Source of the DNA: Basidiobolus meristosporus CBS 931.73
Lineage: Eukaryota; Fungi; Basidiobolomycota
NCBI GenBank assembly: GCA_002104905.1
Contig: MCFE01000206.1
Location: 62,001 to 126,000 of the forward strand
DNA: 64,000 nt
Reading direction: 5' to 3'
Shown: positions 13,249-27,002 of the stretch, in pieces
Numbering within the stretch: the first letter of the stretch is position 1
Layout of the letters: each line of letters opens with the position of its first letter
Position numbers and translations under genes: made by a program
The notes under the pieces: model-generated
The model's database searches: none
Told to the model about the DNA's origin: nothing
Seen by the model: the letters and a program-made list of their open reading frames with translations, nothing else

Positions 13249-16200
13249 TCAATGCAACTTCGGTTTCGTGGGATTCGCCTCACGAATTAAACGTAGGAAC
13301 ACCTCTTCGAGGGTTGTTTGAGAAATCCCCCATGCTTGGACTATACGGCCGTCAGTATTTTTAGCATCGTCCTCTAAAAACCTTACGAATTTAGGTACAT
13401 GCTGCATACAATCTGTCGGGAATTGATAAATTAACGAGCCGGCTGAATCATCTTCAAGGTTGGCTCCAGGAACCAAGCTTGCCACAACATCTCGGACCTC
13501 AGCATTATGCTCTGGATTGACCACCATAGAGATTCGATAACCAGCCCCAAACTTGTTCTTGAGTTGTATCGAGTTACCCAATGCCCTAGAGATAGTTTGT
13601 CAGTACAGTGTAACCATATAAGCCGCCGAGTAGACTAAGAGCCCACCTCAGTCGCCCAAGAGCCATAATGGCGATGCGGTCTCCTAGCACGTCGGCTTCT
13701 TCCATAGAGTGGGTAGTCTAACGTAATAATGAATGCGGTTAGCCTCGTCTTTTGGCATTGGTTTTTGAAGTCTACTTACAAGAATAATCACTCGATCCTT
13801 CTTGAACTGTTCAATAAATGACCAAACATGACGTCTGTTGACCGGATCCATCCCTACGAGTTAGGTTAGTATTGCCGCAATTGGTACTATTGGGCATAAA
13901 GCCATACCTGTTGTTGGCTCATCCATGAATACTATCTTCGGATCCCCAAGAGTGGAAATAACAACGCTTAATCTACGCTTCATTCTGAAATACAATGAAT
14001 TAGTAAAATTACACCTTGACGACATCGAATTACTTACCCTCCACTATAGGCTGAGGAGCGTTTGTTTGCTACTCTCAGCAGCCTAACTGCCTGCAATCTT
14101 GTTCTGATAAGTTCGGGAATTTCACTGCGAGGGATGCCTTTGAGGTTGGCATACAGCTCAACATGTTCCGCTGCCGTTAAGTCATCAAACAAAATGTCAT
14201 GCTGTAGAATGCAAGATGATCATTAGGATTGTGAGTTTTCTTGTGACTTGGTGAGATCTCCTTACTTGTGGGCAAACACCCAACATCCCACGAATGGCAT
14301 CGATATCTGAAGAACGAGTGTAGCCGAAGAACCAAGCATCCCCGCTGGAAGCTGGTGTCAAACCAGAAAGGATGTTCATCGTGGTACTGTATCACAATTA
14401 AATCGTTAGGCATACAACATGGACCCGAAGATGTCTGTATGGCTACCTTTTCCCTGCGCCATTTTGGCCCAACAAAGCCAACCTGTAATGCTTGAATGAG
14501 TAACAATACCTATATTGATAGATCAGCATATCCTTACAGTTTTCCTTCCTCGAGAGTAAGACAGAGATCCCTGACGGCGACTTTATCCAATTTGGATTTT
14601 CTGAACACTCCGTTCTTGTAAACCTTTCGAAGATGGGCAATCCTAACAGCGGCAGGGTACTCTAAGAAGAAACGTTACAGAATATCCCAAAATGCCCAAC
14701 TGAAGTGGCCAATATTACCTGGATTGAACGTCACAATTCGTTCCCGGGCGACATCGGTGTCCTCATCTTCAGGGATCTTGAAAAAACTATGAGAACGGAA
14801 GATTGCTCAAGTAGGAGAGCCAGATGTACGTACCAGCTTGAGTCGCGAAGATTGATGTTCCATTAAGTGTAACCAGTTTTGAAGATCACGATCTGCCGAA
14901 CGTTTAGGCAACCAATAAGAAGGCTTGAGAAAGAACCAAGGCGGATAACAGAACCCGAATTCATCGGGGATAATTTTGTCAAGGTACCTGGTAAAGGATG
15001 TTAACACTCGGAGCAGATAGGCTTGCACACACGCAAAACTGTACCATGTAAGAACAGTATATAACCCAATATTCATTAGCAGCAGATACCAAGATATCAC
15101 TGGCACTGGTACATCTTTGTAATTCCCATGAAGTCCGGACACCGGTTGATCATATGCTCGGATAAATAGATCCTTCCACTTGAAACCTATTGAATCGGAG
15201 AATTTAGGAAAAGAAGAGATGCAATTGGCGGCCGTAAATTACCTGGGCCAGGAACCATAGTATTTGTTAACACATCAAGCTTGCCAGCAGTAAGCAATGA
15301 TATATCAAGAAAGATTTTTCCAAAGTTGAAGAATGGGAAGAACATCAAAACTGTCGTAAAAATGTCAGACTGATAATCTGCGAAACAATCTCGATCCGAC
15401 ACAATGAGCTTACCTAGTCTTCCTGCAGGGCTGGTTTTCGGATCCCACCAAACATAGCCCACATATGGGCTTGAAAATACAAATGACTCGAAGAGCAACC
15501 CAATGACAAAGAAAAAGATACCTATCAAGAGTGGCATAGTCAAGGGTATATGCAACTATATACAGCTAGGTATTGGGAATGAATGCGTATCTTAAAAAAG
15601 GATATTTGCTACCCTGGTACGGCGAACCAATGTTGTGATGAAAAATGCGGCCACAACCATGGCAAGTCCAAACAGGATAAAAGTAATAAATAGCACCTAT
15701 ACGAAACTGCTTAAAACAGGCTGTAACTTGTCTCGCCTCGAAAACACTTACGCCAAAATTCGTGTATTTAAAAGCGCCGAAACCGAAGGCAATTCCAAAT
15801 CCACAGGTAATCAATGCGCAAACGATCACCAAAACGAAGTTGGAGATGAGCCAGCTGAGCCAGTAAGCTTCACTCTATGGGCGAATGTCGTTAATGTCTC
15901 CTTGAGCCAGGTGTGGAATGATATGATGGTTAGCTTACCTTCATGCCCATCATAATCATATTGTGCTTGAGTTTCTTTTCTTTCTCGGCAACGATGGCAT
16001 TCAATACTGAAATGAAAATAATCATTTCGGAGCAAAAGAAGAACACAGCTCCTAGTTGGGTAACAACTTCATCGCCAGAGCCTGGTGTAGGAACCTTGGG
16101 CCAATCTTTCAAGTTGACGTTCAGCAAGGGCGTAGTAGAAATACTAGGATCATTAACAGATGCGACTAGAAATGATAGAAATGCATTAGGATGCTTGAGT

Positions 16201-17102
16201 TCCTGCTACTATTGATATTGATTTCGTACTAATGGCTTCGTCGAGTCCGCGTACCAAGCTGAGAACTTGGTCACCAAAGACATCGGTTCCGTTCGACATG
16301 AGAGTAGAGTTAAACCAGATTTGGTAGCGATAATTAACAGGAGGGCCGGGTTCAGTTGAGAATTCAATGCCTAGAGTTGTTTTAGTTAGCATTGGGATAT
16401 AAGTTTTAAACCCCGAGGGCTACCAACCGAATAATGTCGTGTTCGGATGGCGTAAAGTATAGTTATAAATAAACTCGTAGTCAGGGACGGGGACAAAACC
16501 AAGTGTGGTTTGTGGCAGATAGTCGAGATCTACAGGTATTGCACAATTGTTAGATTGAGAAGCAAGTTAAGTACTACCCAGATTCGTACCCATCGGAACG
16601 TTTTCTAGTTTCCAATCATTCCCAGTTCTTTGCTTGTTTTTTGTGGAGAAGGTTTCTAGGAAAAGGCGATTTTGTTCGTTATCGGGAGTATATAATACGT
16701 TGATGCATGGGACATTTTGGGTCCGACCCTGCGTAAAGGTTAGCAGCGATTCGGTCGGAAGTGGAAAATAAAACTACCTGGCAACTTGCGACGCCTGTGA
16801 GGTCGAAAGGTTTGGGGTGGTAGTTGCTTTGACTTAATCGTGAGTTGTAAATTTTTTGTAGCGCATACAGTAGAAGTAAAACAAGAATTGGGAAAAAAAC
16901 AGTTTGGGCAAATGTAGACCTCCATTGTCGGATCTAAAATAAGCAAGGTAAGGCAGGTGTCACGAAAAACCGAAAACTCGATATTGATACCTACCTGTAG
17001 GATGAAGTTCCTTTTGAGCAAGATTCTCATTTGTGAGAAGAAGCCGGACCTGTAAGTCCTTTGCTTCCCACTAAATTCGTGGGCCTCCTTGGTTAGAGAC
17101 AT
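13249..17102 (-). CDS. ABC transporter subfamily A, half-size (one TMD + one NBD), many introns
   Basis: N-terminal SQMRILLKRNFILQ; IVAEKEKKLK; Walker A GQNGAGKS; GVCPQHDILFDDLTAAEH; signature YSGGMKRRLS; Walker B FMDEPTTGMDP; C-terminal GNSIQLKNKFG..TTLEEVFL. Confidence 0.92.
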
Positions 17103-18078
17103 TGCGCTCCAGTTTAAAAAGTTGTATCCGTTGATAAACTGGTGGTCACTGGCGTTTATTAAAGATGAAAATGACTTTAGATGATGTTACAAGCTCGAAA
17201 GAAGTATTTGCGGAATAAACGAGTTTTCAGTAGCTTTTAACCGATATGTCCAATGAAGATGAATCAATTATTACATTGTCGATCTATCCCCTCTAGTTAA
17301 GGAAATATCAGTTAATATATCGCTGTCACTGTCATTGCAACCGTAAAAGTCCACAGTGATCGATGATCGATGATCAGAACACCAAAGTCCAAGTCTAAGA
17401 TACTTGACGCCCAAATCTGGCTCCGGCGAGACTGCTGCAAATTCACCAGATGACGTGTACTTTGGAATATGGCCGATATGCCTAGAGAATACACTCAAGC
17501 CCAGGTCAATAGAATCAGCTAATCCATCGCATTGCATTCATACATTTTTCCATGGGTGCCTGCTAGCTTGATTGACGAAAATCGTGATTGGTGAGCTGGG
17601 TCGTTGAATCCATCGAAAACTCGGTGAAAGATTACGCAGCATGCAGAGATGACACAGATTATCAGAAATGTTGATCATGGATACCAGCTGAGCTAATATT
17701 TAGGTAAGATACGCATACATCAGTGATTAAGTCATCCCAATGAATCATGGCAATTCATGGTCTAAACGTGCATATAGCTCCTCATTACTGCATCAGCCCT
17801 AGCCTGCATTGGATCAGAGGGGAATGATTCCTTTGTTGAGGGATGATTCTCAGCGTCTCCCTGGCTTCGAGAAACTCCAAATAAGCATCCTTTTCGATGG
17901 CTACAGACGGTGCGCCAATGTTTATTTGTGGCAGTAATACAAGCTATGGTAGAGTTCAAAAATGATATATGGTGCACAAATATTGCAGATAAAAAATAAT
18001 ATTACCAAAGACCGAGTGACATTCCTTATTGCATTATTTAACGCTTCTTTACACGCTTCTGATTTTCTGAGAGAATAA

Positions 18079-18597
18079 TCAAAGGGAGTTGCTTTCTTTC
18101 TGGTCCCAGCAGTTCACTTTGGCAATCCTGGCTCGCTCTATAATGAACTTTCCTTCTTTATACTTTTGAGATTCTTCAAACGCATGAACCTATAGGACAG
18201 TATAAGAGTATGCCGTTGTTGAATGAGGAATAGACTTACGTATTTCCAACCAACGTTGGCTTCACAGACGGTACAAAATATATCCGCGACTGAATGAAGG
18301 CCTGTCATTAGGAGTCGATCCTCTAAATCACCCATGGTGATGTTGGTTCTACAAGTACGAATGTTAGTAGGGGCTAAATACTGGTATGTAGATAATACCT
18401 ACGCATTATTGAAGAGATAGGCTTTTCCGTGTCTTCCATGAAAAGACTGGAATAATGGTTTAATCATAGTTTGGAATTTAGATTTTAGCTTAAATTACCT
18501 TGGACAATATATCTTCATGAGTGGCTATATGAGTATGACAAGAAGAACACATGTAGACTGTCTCGCCATCAAGGAATACTTGGTAGATTTGTCCCAT
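18079..18597 (-). CDS. YPEL: Yippee-like zinc-binding protein, four exons
   Basis: Spliced [85 protein letters not shown]. Confidence 0.93.
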
Positions 18598-20233
18598 GAT
18601 CTCCGATATTCTTTAAAGCTCAAACGAAGCGATATGTTTACGAACAAGAGGGGTAAACGGTGTTTTGGCTGGGTAAGGCTGAAGTGGAGGTCAATAATGG
18701 CTAGGGCAAAGCTATACCCATCCCGCAGTCTTTAAGTGCCGGTACTATTTAAAATAGTTCACCAAGAACAAGTCACAATACTAACACGTGACTGTGAACT
18801 CAAAATTATCATATTAGTATTAAGGAAACTGTATACTAGAGCTTGATATTGAACCAATTAAGAGTAGCTTGATGATTAATAGGGTGCTCTTATTCAAAAC
18901 GGAATTTATTGTTGTGAACTGACTCACACAACTGCTGTTTTAGGTGGAGCTACGACTATCATACCAATTTTTTCGGAGATACGCAGGAAACCGGTGATTT
19001 TAGTATCCAGCACCTCATAAAATAGAATGCAAGTGCAACTATGTACCTCGGGGTAACAAATTCCTACAACGTAGTAAACTGCAATGTATCGTTGTGATAT
19101 TCAGAGAAGGGACGCATGATATAGGTTATCTTGTGGTGTTTTGACTCTACAATTCCCCATTCCTATTGCAATTATGCCCTGTTCGTATAGTACGTATTGG
19201 TAGAGACCAGGATTTAGATTAAAACGAGGTTGTTGAAAACGCATGCCTTTCCACCTGATCCATTCTACGCCAAGTAATCTAGAAGCCTGTTCGTCCCTCA
19301 AAACCCTACGCTGTGCGCATTCAACTCTGGCAACTATTTACACAATTCACAATGATGACCAGCATCGAAACCTATCGACTAGGGGTTCTACCATTTTCAA
19401 GCGTACCAAAATATGAAACGAATACATATAGCTCTAAACTTGAACTTGCATTATATTGCCGAAATCTCTTCCATCCAATCGGCCACTGTTCTACACTTGG
19501 CATCTTCAAACAGATCAAACCCAAGTCTACTCATGATTTCCCCCTTTAAATCGAAATTTGATACCAATCATTCTACAAATCCAAGCTCCATACCGGGTCC
19601 CTGGCTTTGGGTAACAGGCGGTAATGTTGAGTGGACTGTATGTGCCTCGTGAATGAGGCCATACCCCCGGTGCTTGCTATCTCGTACTTCACGCTCGTAT
19701 GAAAATCGTTGAACTAGCCTCCCCCCGACGTAGTCCTCTCAAAGCCAGTAGGGACCGGGATAGCAGCAAGGCAAAGACAAAAGCGATAAATTTCCAAAGG
19801 ATCTCTACAAAATACTTGTTCAACGACTACAATGAAGCAATGAATCCAAACTGATGCAACGCATTGTTCACAGGGATTCCAAAACCTGTGGTTGGATTCG
19901 CTAGTTAATTCATTGCGTTTGAAAGGCTACTACAATCACCATGATCCTCGGATCCAATGAAGCTAAAGCAGCTGTACAAGACTTCGGTTTTTTGATATCG
20001 AACTCAAGTCATACAAAGTTTCTTCACAGATGCTGCAATGATACTGATCATTATTCCCTAATCAAATCTGCACACATGATACAACAAGGTGTTCAAGAAA
20101 CTTCCCCTATATAAATGTCTATCCGACTGCTGGCTCCTCAGCGGCTGATTCTTGTAACGTAAGCTCATCCAGAGCCCCAAGTTAAAGACTACCCCTCCTC
20201 CCAGCGGATTGAACTGTTTGAAATCTTGACGAG

Positions 20234-20899
20234 ATGGTGAACCCACAAATTACAATGCCGCACACTGAACCTTCTCTTGCCTCATTTAACCAGGGCAACA
20301 TAGCGGTCATCTCTGAGTTTGTGGTTGATTTGGTAGTCAAAATGTGGCACAAAAACTCCACCGATTCATCAGTAGGTCCAGCATTTCATGCTTTCTGCCA
20401 AAAAGTGATCGTGCGGAGTGAGGCTGATCCTCCAACAATATTGCTCGCATTGAAATACATCCAACGACTCAAAAAGTACTGTCCAGGAGTCACAGGGGAG
20501 AAAGGGTCAGAGTACCGACTCTTTGTAGCCGCACTCATTCTTGCTCACAAGGTGTTAGACGACCACACATATACGAATCTAACGTGGTCTCAGATCTCAC
20601 GAATCCCTATAGAACGGATCAACCATCTGGAGCGTGAGTTTTTGAAATCCATTCAATTTGATCTGTATGTCTCAGAAGAAGAGTACGCCCAATGGCTGCT
20701 GTATCTTGAGCAATACTTACGTTATAAGGAAGATCCGCTCTCTCATCGTTCTAGAAGATTACCATCCCCTAGCTCAGTATCAGCTTCATTCGAATTTCCG
20801 ATTGGCAACCAGACCTTGGCCAAATACGTGTGCTCCAAGGAGCCATTATCCTCCTGCTCCCCCCAGCATTGCGTTTCTCCGTCATTGCCAAATGTTTGA
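20234..20899 (+). CDS. Pho85-type (Pcl/Pho80/Clg1-like) cyclin
   Basis: Cyclin-box pattern ILLALKYIQRLK..GSEYRLFVAALILAHKVLDDHTYTNLTW..INHLEREFL; intronless 221 aa. Confidence 0.85.
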   Translation: MVNPQITMPHTEPSLASFNQGNIAVISEFVVDLVVKMWHKNSTDSSVGPAFHAFCQKVIVRSEADPPTILLALKYIQRLKKYCPGVTGEKGSEYRLFVAALILAHKVLDDHTYTNLTWSQISRIPIERINHLEREFLKSIQFDLYVSEEEYAQWLLYLEQYLRYKEDPLSHRSRRLPSPSSVSASFEFPIGNQTLAKYVCSKEPLSSCSPQHCVSPSLPNV

Positions 20900-21804
20900 C
20901 GAAGTAGGATATATTGAATACCCTGATACTTGGGATGGTGAGCCTCTGGGGGCTTTTCGTTATCTGGAAGTGGATTGATTACTTGTTGATGGTTAAGTTG
21001 TCACAGGCTGTGCTGCTCAGCATCCCCGCATCCCTTTTTGGCGTCGCTCGCTTCTGGGCGAGTATTTCGTCATCCAGCATCTAGGACGCCTTATCTTCAG
21101 CGTTAGATATTACATCACCTATTTAATTAAACGGTATTTCCATTTCCACCTCCATGACCATGCTTTTGGAGAATCCAGGTTGCTACCCGAGCGCAACCAG
21201 CACTGATCTCCTGCTTTGTGATTAATGTGTTCAACGGTAGGTAATATTGGCTGCCGAAATCAAGAGCCTTTTCTGGACCAGATCTACGAGTATTCTGTGT
21301 TCAGCAATGAAATTACCAATCAGCCACATGAGATTGGAAGATGGAGGTCTTTTGAGGGAGGCAATACTGTTCTTGGAGCACCAATGTAAGCGTCCAGTAT
21401 GTTCATCTTGAACATGCCCCATATGTAGTTCCTCGATTTCCAATTCATGGAGGATAGTTGAATCAATCTTTTCGATCTACCTTGCTTGGCCAAAAAATGG
21501 CCAGCTAGAATGATTAAAACATAGCCCTCTAACTTGCCAAAAATAGGCAGATTTTTGTTGAGGTGAATCTAATGTGGATATTAAGAAGGATGCTACTTCA
21601 AAAATTTTATGTTTAGAATATGAAGATTGATTGAATTTTTCTTACGAAGAGAGAACATTCCCCAAGATTTTTTTCTGGATTTCAAAGCGGTCATTTTCCA
21701 GCCAGGACCGGCTTCCCTTGTTTTCTAATTATTGACTTGCTTTCAGTTGCGTTGAAACCGGGGTGTTCGGTGTAGACTGTTGAATATTTTCTGCCTAGTA
21801 CAAA

Positions 21805-22530
21805 ATGGTCAACCTAAACGATCCCTTTGATTTCTCTCAACAATATTCGGTGTCTGACCAAACTAATAACATTCTGTCAACAATTGCTCTGCCACCCACA
21901 AAATCCACTCCAAAACAGCTCCAACCTACCCCAACCACAACGATCCATCAGAACCCTGTGCTAACAACAAGCTTTGATGAAATCCAAAACGAACTTAAAC
22001 GAGCACTTGATCATATAGAGCAGGGGGCCATCCTGAAGGCCTTTGAGATCTTATCCGCAGTCACCGATGCCGTAGTAACTAATTGCGATGCTTTAGGTTA
22101 GTTTTTTTGGAGCAACCTCGATCTTTAGGGGCGTTTTTCTTATCTTTCTCCAAATGATCGGCTATAATTAGGATTGACCATTGATGAGCCTCCATACAAC
22201 GCCTACGATCGAGAAGGATTCTGGCAAGGAATCAATCACTGCTGGCTTTATGCTTTATCACGCACCGCAATGGCCAAATCAGAAGAGGATCAGCTTCGGG
22301 TACAGCATTTCTACCACCTACGAGATTCCATAGTATCCTGGTGTGACCATCTGGAACGGTACGGACTGGTAGATTATGAAATGGGATTTTGGGAACAGGA
22401 TATCCTGGAGGCCATTGAAGCCAGCATGTCCACTTCCAATCTTCGACTCACCTCAGTTGTTCCTCAAGAAACTAGCGAAGTTTCGGAAACCAGTGGTATT
22501 ACAACCGACTCTACATATGTCAATGTGTAA
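21805..22530 (+). CDS. Conserved fungal protein resembling the RfeG C-terminal domain, two exons (216 aa)
   Basis: Intron 22097-22171 joins the ORFs in frame; motifs DALGL, FWQGINHCWL, WCDHLERYGLVDYEMGFWEQDIL recall ascomycete RfeG C-termini (recognition from memory). Confidence 0.65.
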
Positions 22531-25500
22531 TTTCCAGACCAACCCTTTGAGCTCCCCTTGCCCCGCCACTCACCTTAGTATAGATTACTCTACTTGTGCA
22601 ACAAACTTCTTGAGAACCTCCAAGTATAACCTACATTTCATTCTGACTTCCCATCCTTCAACCGTGGAATGGCTAGCAAGGGTTCATGCTTCTAATGTAA
22701 ATTTTTAGTGAATCTTTTTTTTTTGGGAAATTCTTTGATCTCTTCGATCGGGAAATGACATTAAGATAAAATCCAATTATTTCAAGTGTCTGGAGTCGGG
22801 GATGACATGGGAGTCCGCTAGGCAGCTAATTAATCCGGATTCGCCTGATGCGTAGCTGATTAATAGGTACAGTCTTCGTATTAGTTAATGTAATCGTTGA
22901 CTCGTACTGGGGCTGTGGGTGCTTCCTTATTTACCAATGTTTGTATGATTGTTCCAGCCCCACGCGTGCACGAAGGCCCCGTTAGATTCATCGTAGTCCA
23001 ACCAGCTGACGGACCTATTGGGTTCGCTAGTATACTGCCATGAGGAACTGAAACATTCTAGATACCCGAAAGGCTAAACTTCGTTGGAAGATGCAATCAG
23101 GTATATTCCATCTTGATGGCGTGTGGTTTCGGCCCTAAAGTTGTTCTGAACCAGTTGTCCAGGCAGGCAAGCGGCCGATACACCTTTGAAGTCCTTTACA
23201 CAAGACCCCACTACGAATAAGCTGATAGGGCTACATCATCTCCACCTGAAGTGGCACAGTTGATATTGAACCGGTTCTCCGGTAGAGGATTTTGGAATCA
23301 CTTCACTACAATTCAAGAATACATAGGTGCCGTATTCTCATACTGATTGGGATCTCTAGTAGATTAAGGTATATTGTATTGGTATCTTGGACAAATTGGA
23401 AACATCATCAGTCTGGACTGTCTTCACAGCGTTTCTGGTCGGGAGTGTTGGTGCAACAGAGCAGGTTGAACCTTGGTTAGATAACCCATTGAGCGTTTGT
23501 GATGGTCAAGGTCGCCGTTTGACAACCCTCCGAATCCGGCAAGAGTTACCATATCCGTCAAGATGCCAAAAGCGCTGACTCTCAGGTTTAATTTAGAAAT
23601 GTTTAGCGCAGAGTGTGCTTACGGATTACCCCTCCCCCACTCTATGGTTAGTCCTGCATGGTAGGGTGGCGGATTGCAATGATGTCAAAACTTATCGGCC
23701 TTCTCGTGACACGCCGACCGCCTGAATTCTACGAATTCCAGAGGGGTCACCAACCTGCAGGCTCAAGATCTCCAACCTCTGCCTAAACTCTATCGTACGG
23801 AGAATTTTGTTAGGAAAAATCAGTAGATTTGGCGTATGCTATCGTGCCACACATGGGCCTGTGTTCTTGTTATAGCATCGAGGCAAACTCTAGTGAGCTA
23901 ATTTCAGCGACCATCTTAGAATGCAAAAATAGATCGGCCCGATCGGCCCCAAAGTATTGAGCAATGCCAATCCCTGTACAATTCATCCCGTCTCCTTCCC
24001 CTTCCCCTGTTCAGCTGATGCATGCTCAACAGGAAGTCTTGTGAAATCCACTCTACTACATCCAGTTTCCTATTGCCTTTAAGGCAGCACGTCGCAAAAT
24101 GTGGTCACTCGTAGAAATCCAATGAAACCAAAGAGCAGCTGCCGCTATGCTTGCCCTATGGAAATGGCCAGAAGCAGCCTTGCATCTGGTAGATGCGAGT
24201 TTATGTAGTCAAATCCAGCTTCGGTCTCTTCAACAAGTTCACAAGGCTGCAAATTGACCCTTCTTTTTAGCGAGGTATGGAGTGTGTCGAATCACGACCC
24301 TACAAGATTTCTGAATTTGACCAGTGAGGAACTAGATTCTGATTTTTTTATTAATTCTCACTTGGCAGCCTTCACCCTTCCAAAGAATCCTCTGCAGCCG
24401 TCCGCAGAGAAGCCAATGAGCCAGGCGGGCCCCATTTGCAATTCCCTGAAAGCTACAGGTGTTTTCTAGCTGTAGAACCAGATGATAAATTATCGACTCT
24501 GGAATAATATCAGCATCTGTGCCATAGGCCAATGGTGTTCGCAGAGCAGCGGATGGTAAGTAAATCAATTGATTGCATATGACTAGCAATGGCTCTTGAG
24601 GGAATGAAGAGAGTATGTAATCAATTTAGTGGTAACATGTCGACCGGTTTTCATTTGAAATCAACGTGGCTTTAATGTTACTCACAAAACCCGCGGTGCT
24701 CACACACAGCTAGGATTCATATTTGGGTAACATAAAATGTCCTTCGTTCCACATCCTTGATCAACATCTTAAGTATTCCATATTTTAATTCATTTGGGCA
24801 ATTCTCAGCAACATTACACGAAATTTGTGTTGAACAGTCATATCAACACGCCTAGTGTCTCAACAATTCATTATTCTCCGATCAGCTCGTCTATTGATAG
24901 GCAAGTATACATGTGTACAAAAGAGGTATCCATGATAATCTAAACCGTCGTGGGATATTATCGGGTATTATGATCAACTAGTTTAGGCCATTGGGCCGCA
25001 CTGTGCATGGCCGTTTTGGACTAGTTCTGGTTGGCCATTTTCCATGTCGGCTCACTCCTGGGGTTCCCTTCCATCTCATCATATCTCCGTATTATAAATC
25101 ACCGGAGGTCCTGTGAAGTGTGCGAAGAGCTCCGAGCCAAAACTGGCTGCATGGTTGGAGTTTATTCATGAGATAATCTCACTCTCTTCAAGTTGTGACA
25201 TTGAATCATCGCTGGTAAGTATGAAACAATCGATTTGCCAGTAAACACAGACACAGCTACACAATACAGGTATTTAATCCCATGGATTAGGGATCGATAT
25301 GTATATGAAAGATCCGTGGAATATCACCAGATCTAGTGTGAGCAAAGTCCTAGGCCCATCTTACGTATGGATATCGCAAATCGTTATTCTCATCCTGTGA
25401 AAATCCTTCGGGTTTCCTTGGATGGATCCCCGTGCTACTAGCCGGTCTTTGATGCTGCAATCCATTAGTATTCAAGGGTTGAAGCGATGCTACTGTGCGC

Positions 25501-25905
25501 ACTCTTTATCACTATCTCTTGTTTATTGTTGGTTGATTTGGCTCGAGCCAAGCAGATTCTGTCTGGGACGTCCCTGCTTCACAAGCTGAAGCCATGATGC
25601 GAGATTTCAACTGATAATAATTTACATACGAGAAAACAATTCGGAATGGGTTGCTTGTGGAAACGTCGCTTCGTATTCTGCATTATTAGAGTTCTAGGAA
25701 AGTGTAGAATGAGGGGTCGGAGAAGCTGGTTATTTCTATAGTTGTCTATGAATTGATGATATGTCGTATCCTTAATGAAAAGCCGTTGTCAAGAAAAAGG
25801 AGTGTAGATATTGGAGTTCGTTGATACAATGAATAGAATGTAATACAGGGAAATTACAAGATCACTTTGGATGAAGGTGACGGAGTTGCCAGATGAGAAG
25901 CATAC

Positions 25906-27002
25906 CTAGGAGTTGTAGTGCATCGAGGAGCAATAAACGCATGGCTCGTTGTTGTATTCTCGCCAGTGGCAATTCTGCAAACCGCCACAATTGAGATCAA
26001 TTCGGTTTCTGGCGATGGTGGAAAGGAACTGTGCTCTTTCAATTAGTAGCTCATCTCTACAGTGCTCCCAGGCTATGTTTGATTGCTCCTCGGAGAGAGG
26101 CTCTAGAGCCTTGTGGCATTCATGGTCCAAGCAGTAACACGAAGATTCGTCAGTTTCGTACAATACAGAGTCCGGATTCGACTTATTAAGCAAACAGTCG
26201 TGTTGATACCAGCGGCACACATAGCACTGCGGCACGCCTTCGATTCTTTGAGGAAAATGAGTATGATTGAGACGTTTCTGTACACTCGAGAGGTTGAAAG
26301 CCTCAAATTTGTATCCTCCAGTGGTGCAACTTCCTTCTCCGTCTATGACGATTGGAGCAAATGTCTCAAGGCATATAATCTCTTGAGATGGAGTCACCGC
26401 TTCTATAACTTGGAGGTCCAGTTGGAATGTTGGAAGAGAGTGAACTCCCGGATCAAACTCATATCTAAGCTTCGGGTTCTGCTCAAAAGCGTTTTTCAAC
26501 TTGTACACTCGCTCGTCCTTCAATATTCTCATGGCCAACAACTCTTCTGTGCTATGGTTTTGCTGGTGAACCGAGAGGAGTGGTGTAGGATCATGTGGAT
26601 GTGTATGCTCTAAATCCAGCAGGTGTGTCAGTAAGGAAAGTATGCATAGCGAGATAACCGTGGGACCTTCAACTTACCAATATACATGCCAGGGGCAACA
26701 TGCTTTATCCAACCGTCGCATTCGTTGGGAAGCACTAGTTGGTAAACAACGCTGGGAAAGTACGACGAGAGCAAGGCCTCGATTTCTGGGAAACCATCCA
26801 TGTCGGATTTCGGTACGTAAGGGATTGTCTGATGATAGATATGAAATGAATACTCGGAGTCCCTCCAACCGAAAAGGTCTTGAAGCACAATATGAAGTTG
26901 GAGCAACGAATATGTCTCTGGAATCAATACTGTTCTCCAAACATGTGGTTGTTGTGGTAGTGAGGCCCGGATAACATACAGTTTCTCATTCAGATTGGTC
27001 AT
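25906..27002 (-). CDS. pRiA4b ORF-3-like (MM3350-like) domain protein with Cys-rich C-terminus, two exons (342 aa)
   Basis: LYVIRASL..HVWRTVLIPETYSLLQLHIVLQDLFGWRDSEYSF and LRYEFDPG..PIVIDGEG..FEAFNLSSVQKRL match the family pattern; intron 26677-26610 (GTAAGT..CTGAC..TAG) restores the frame; an upstream exon is possible. Confidence 0.75.
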
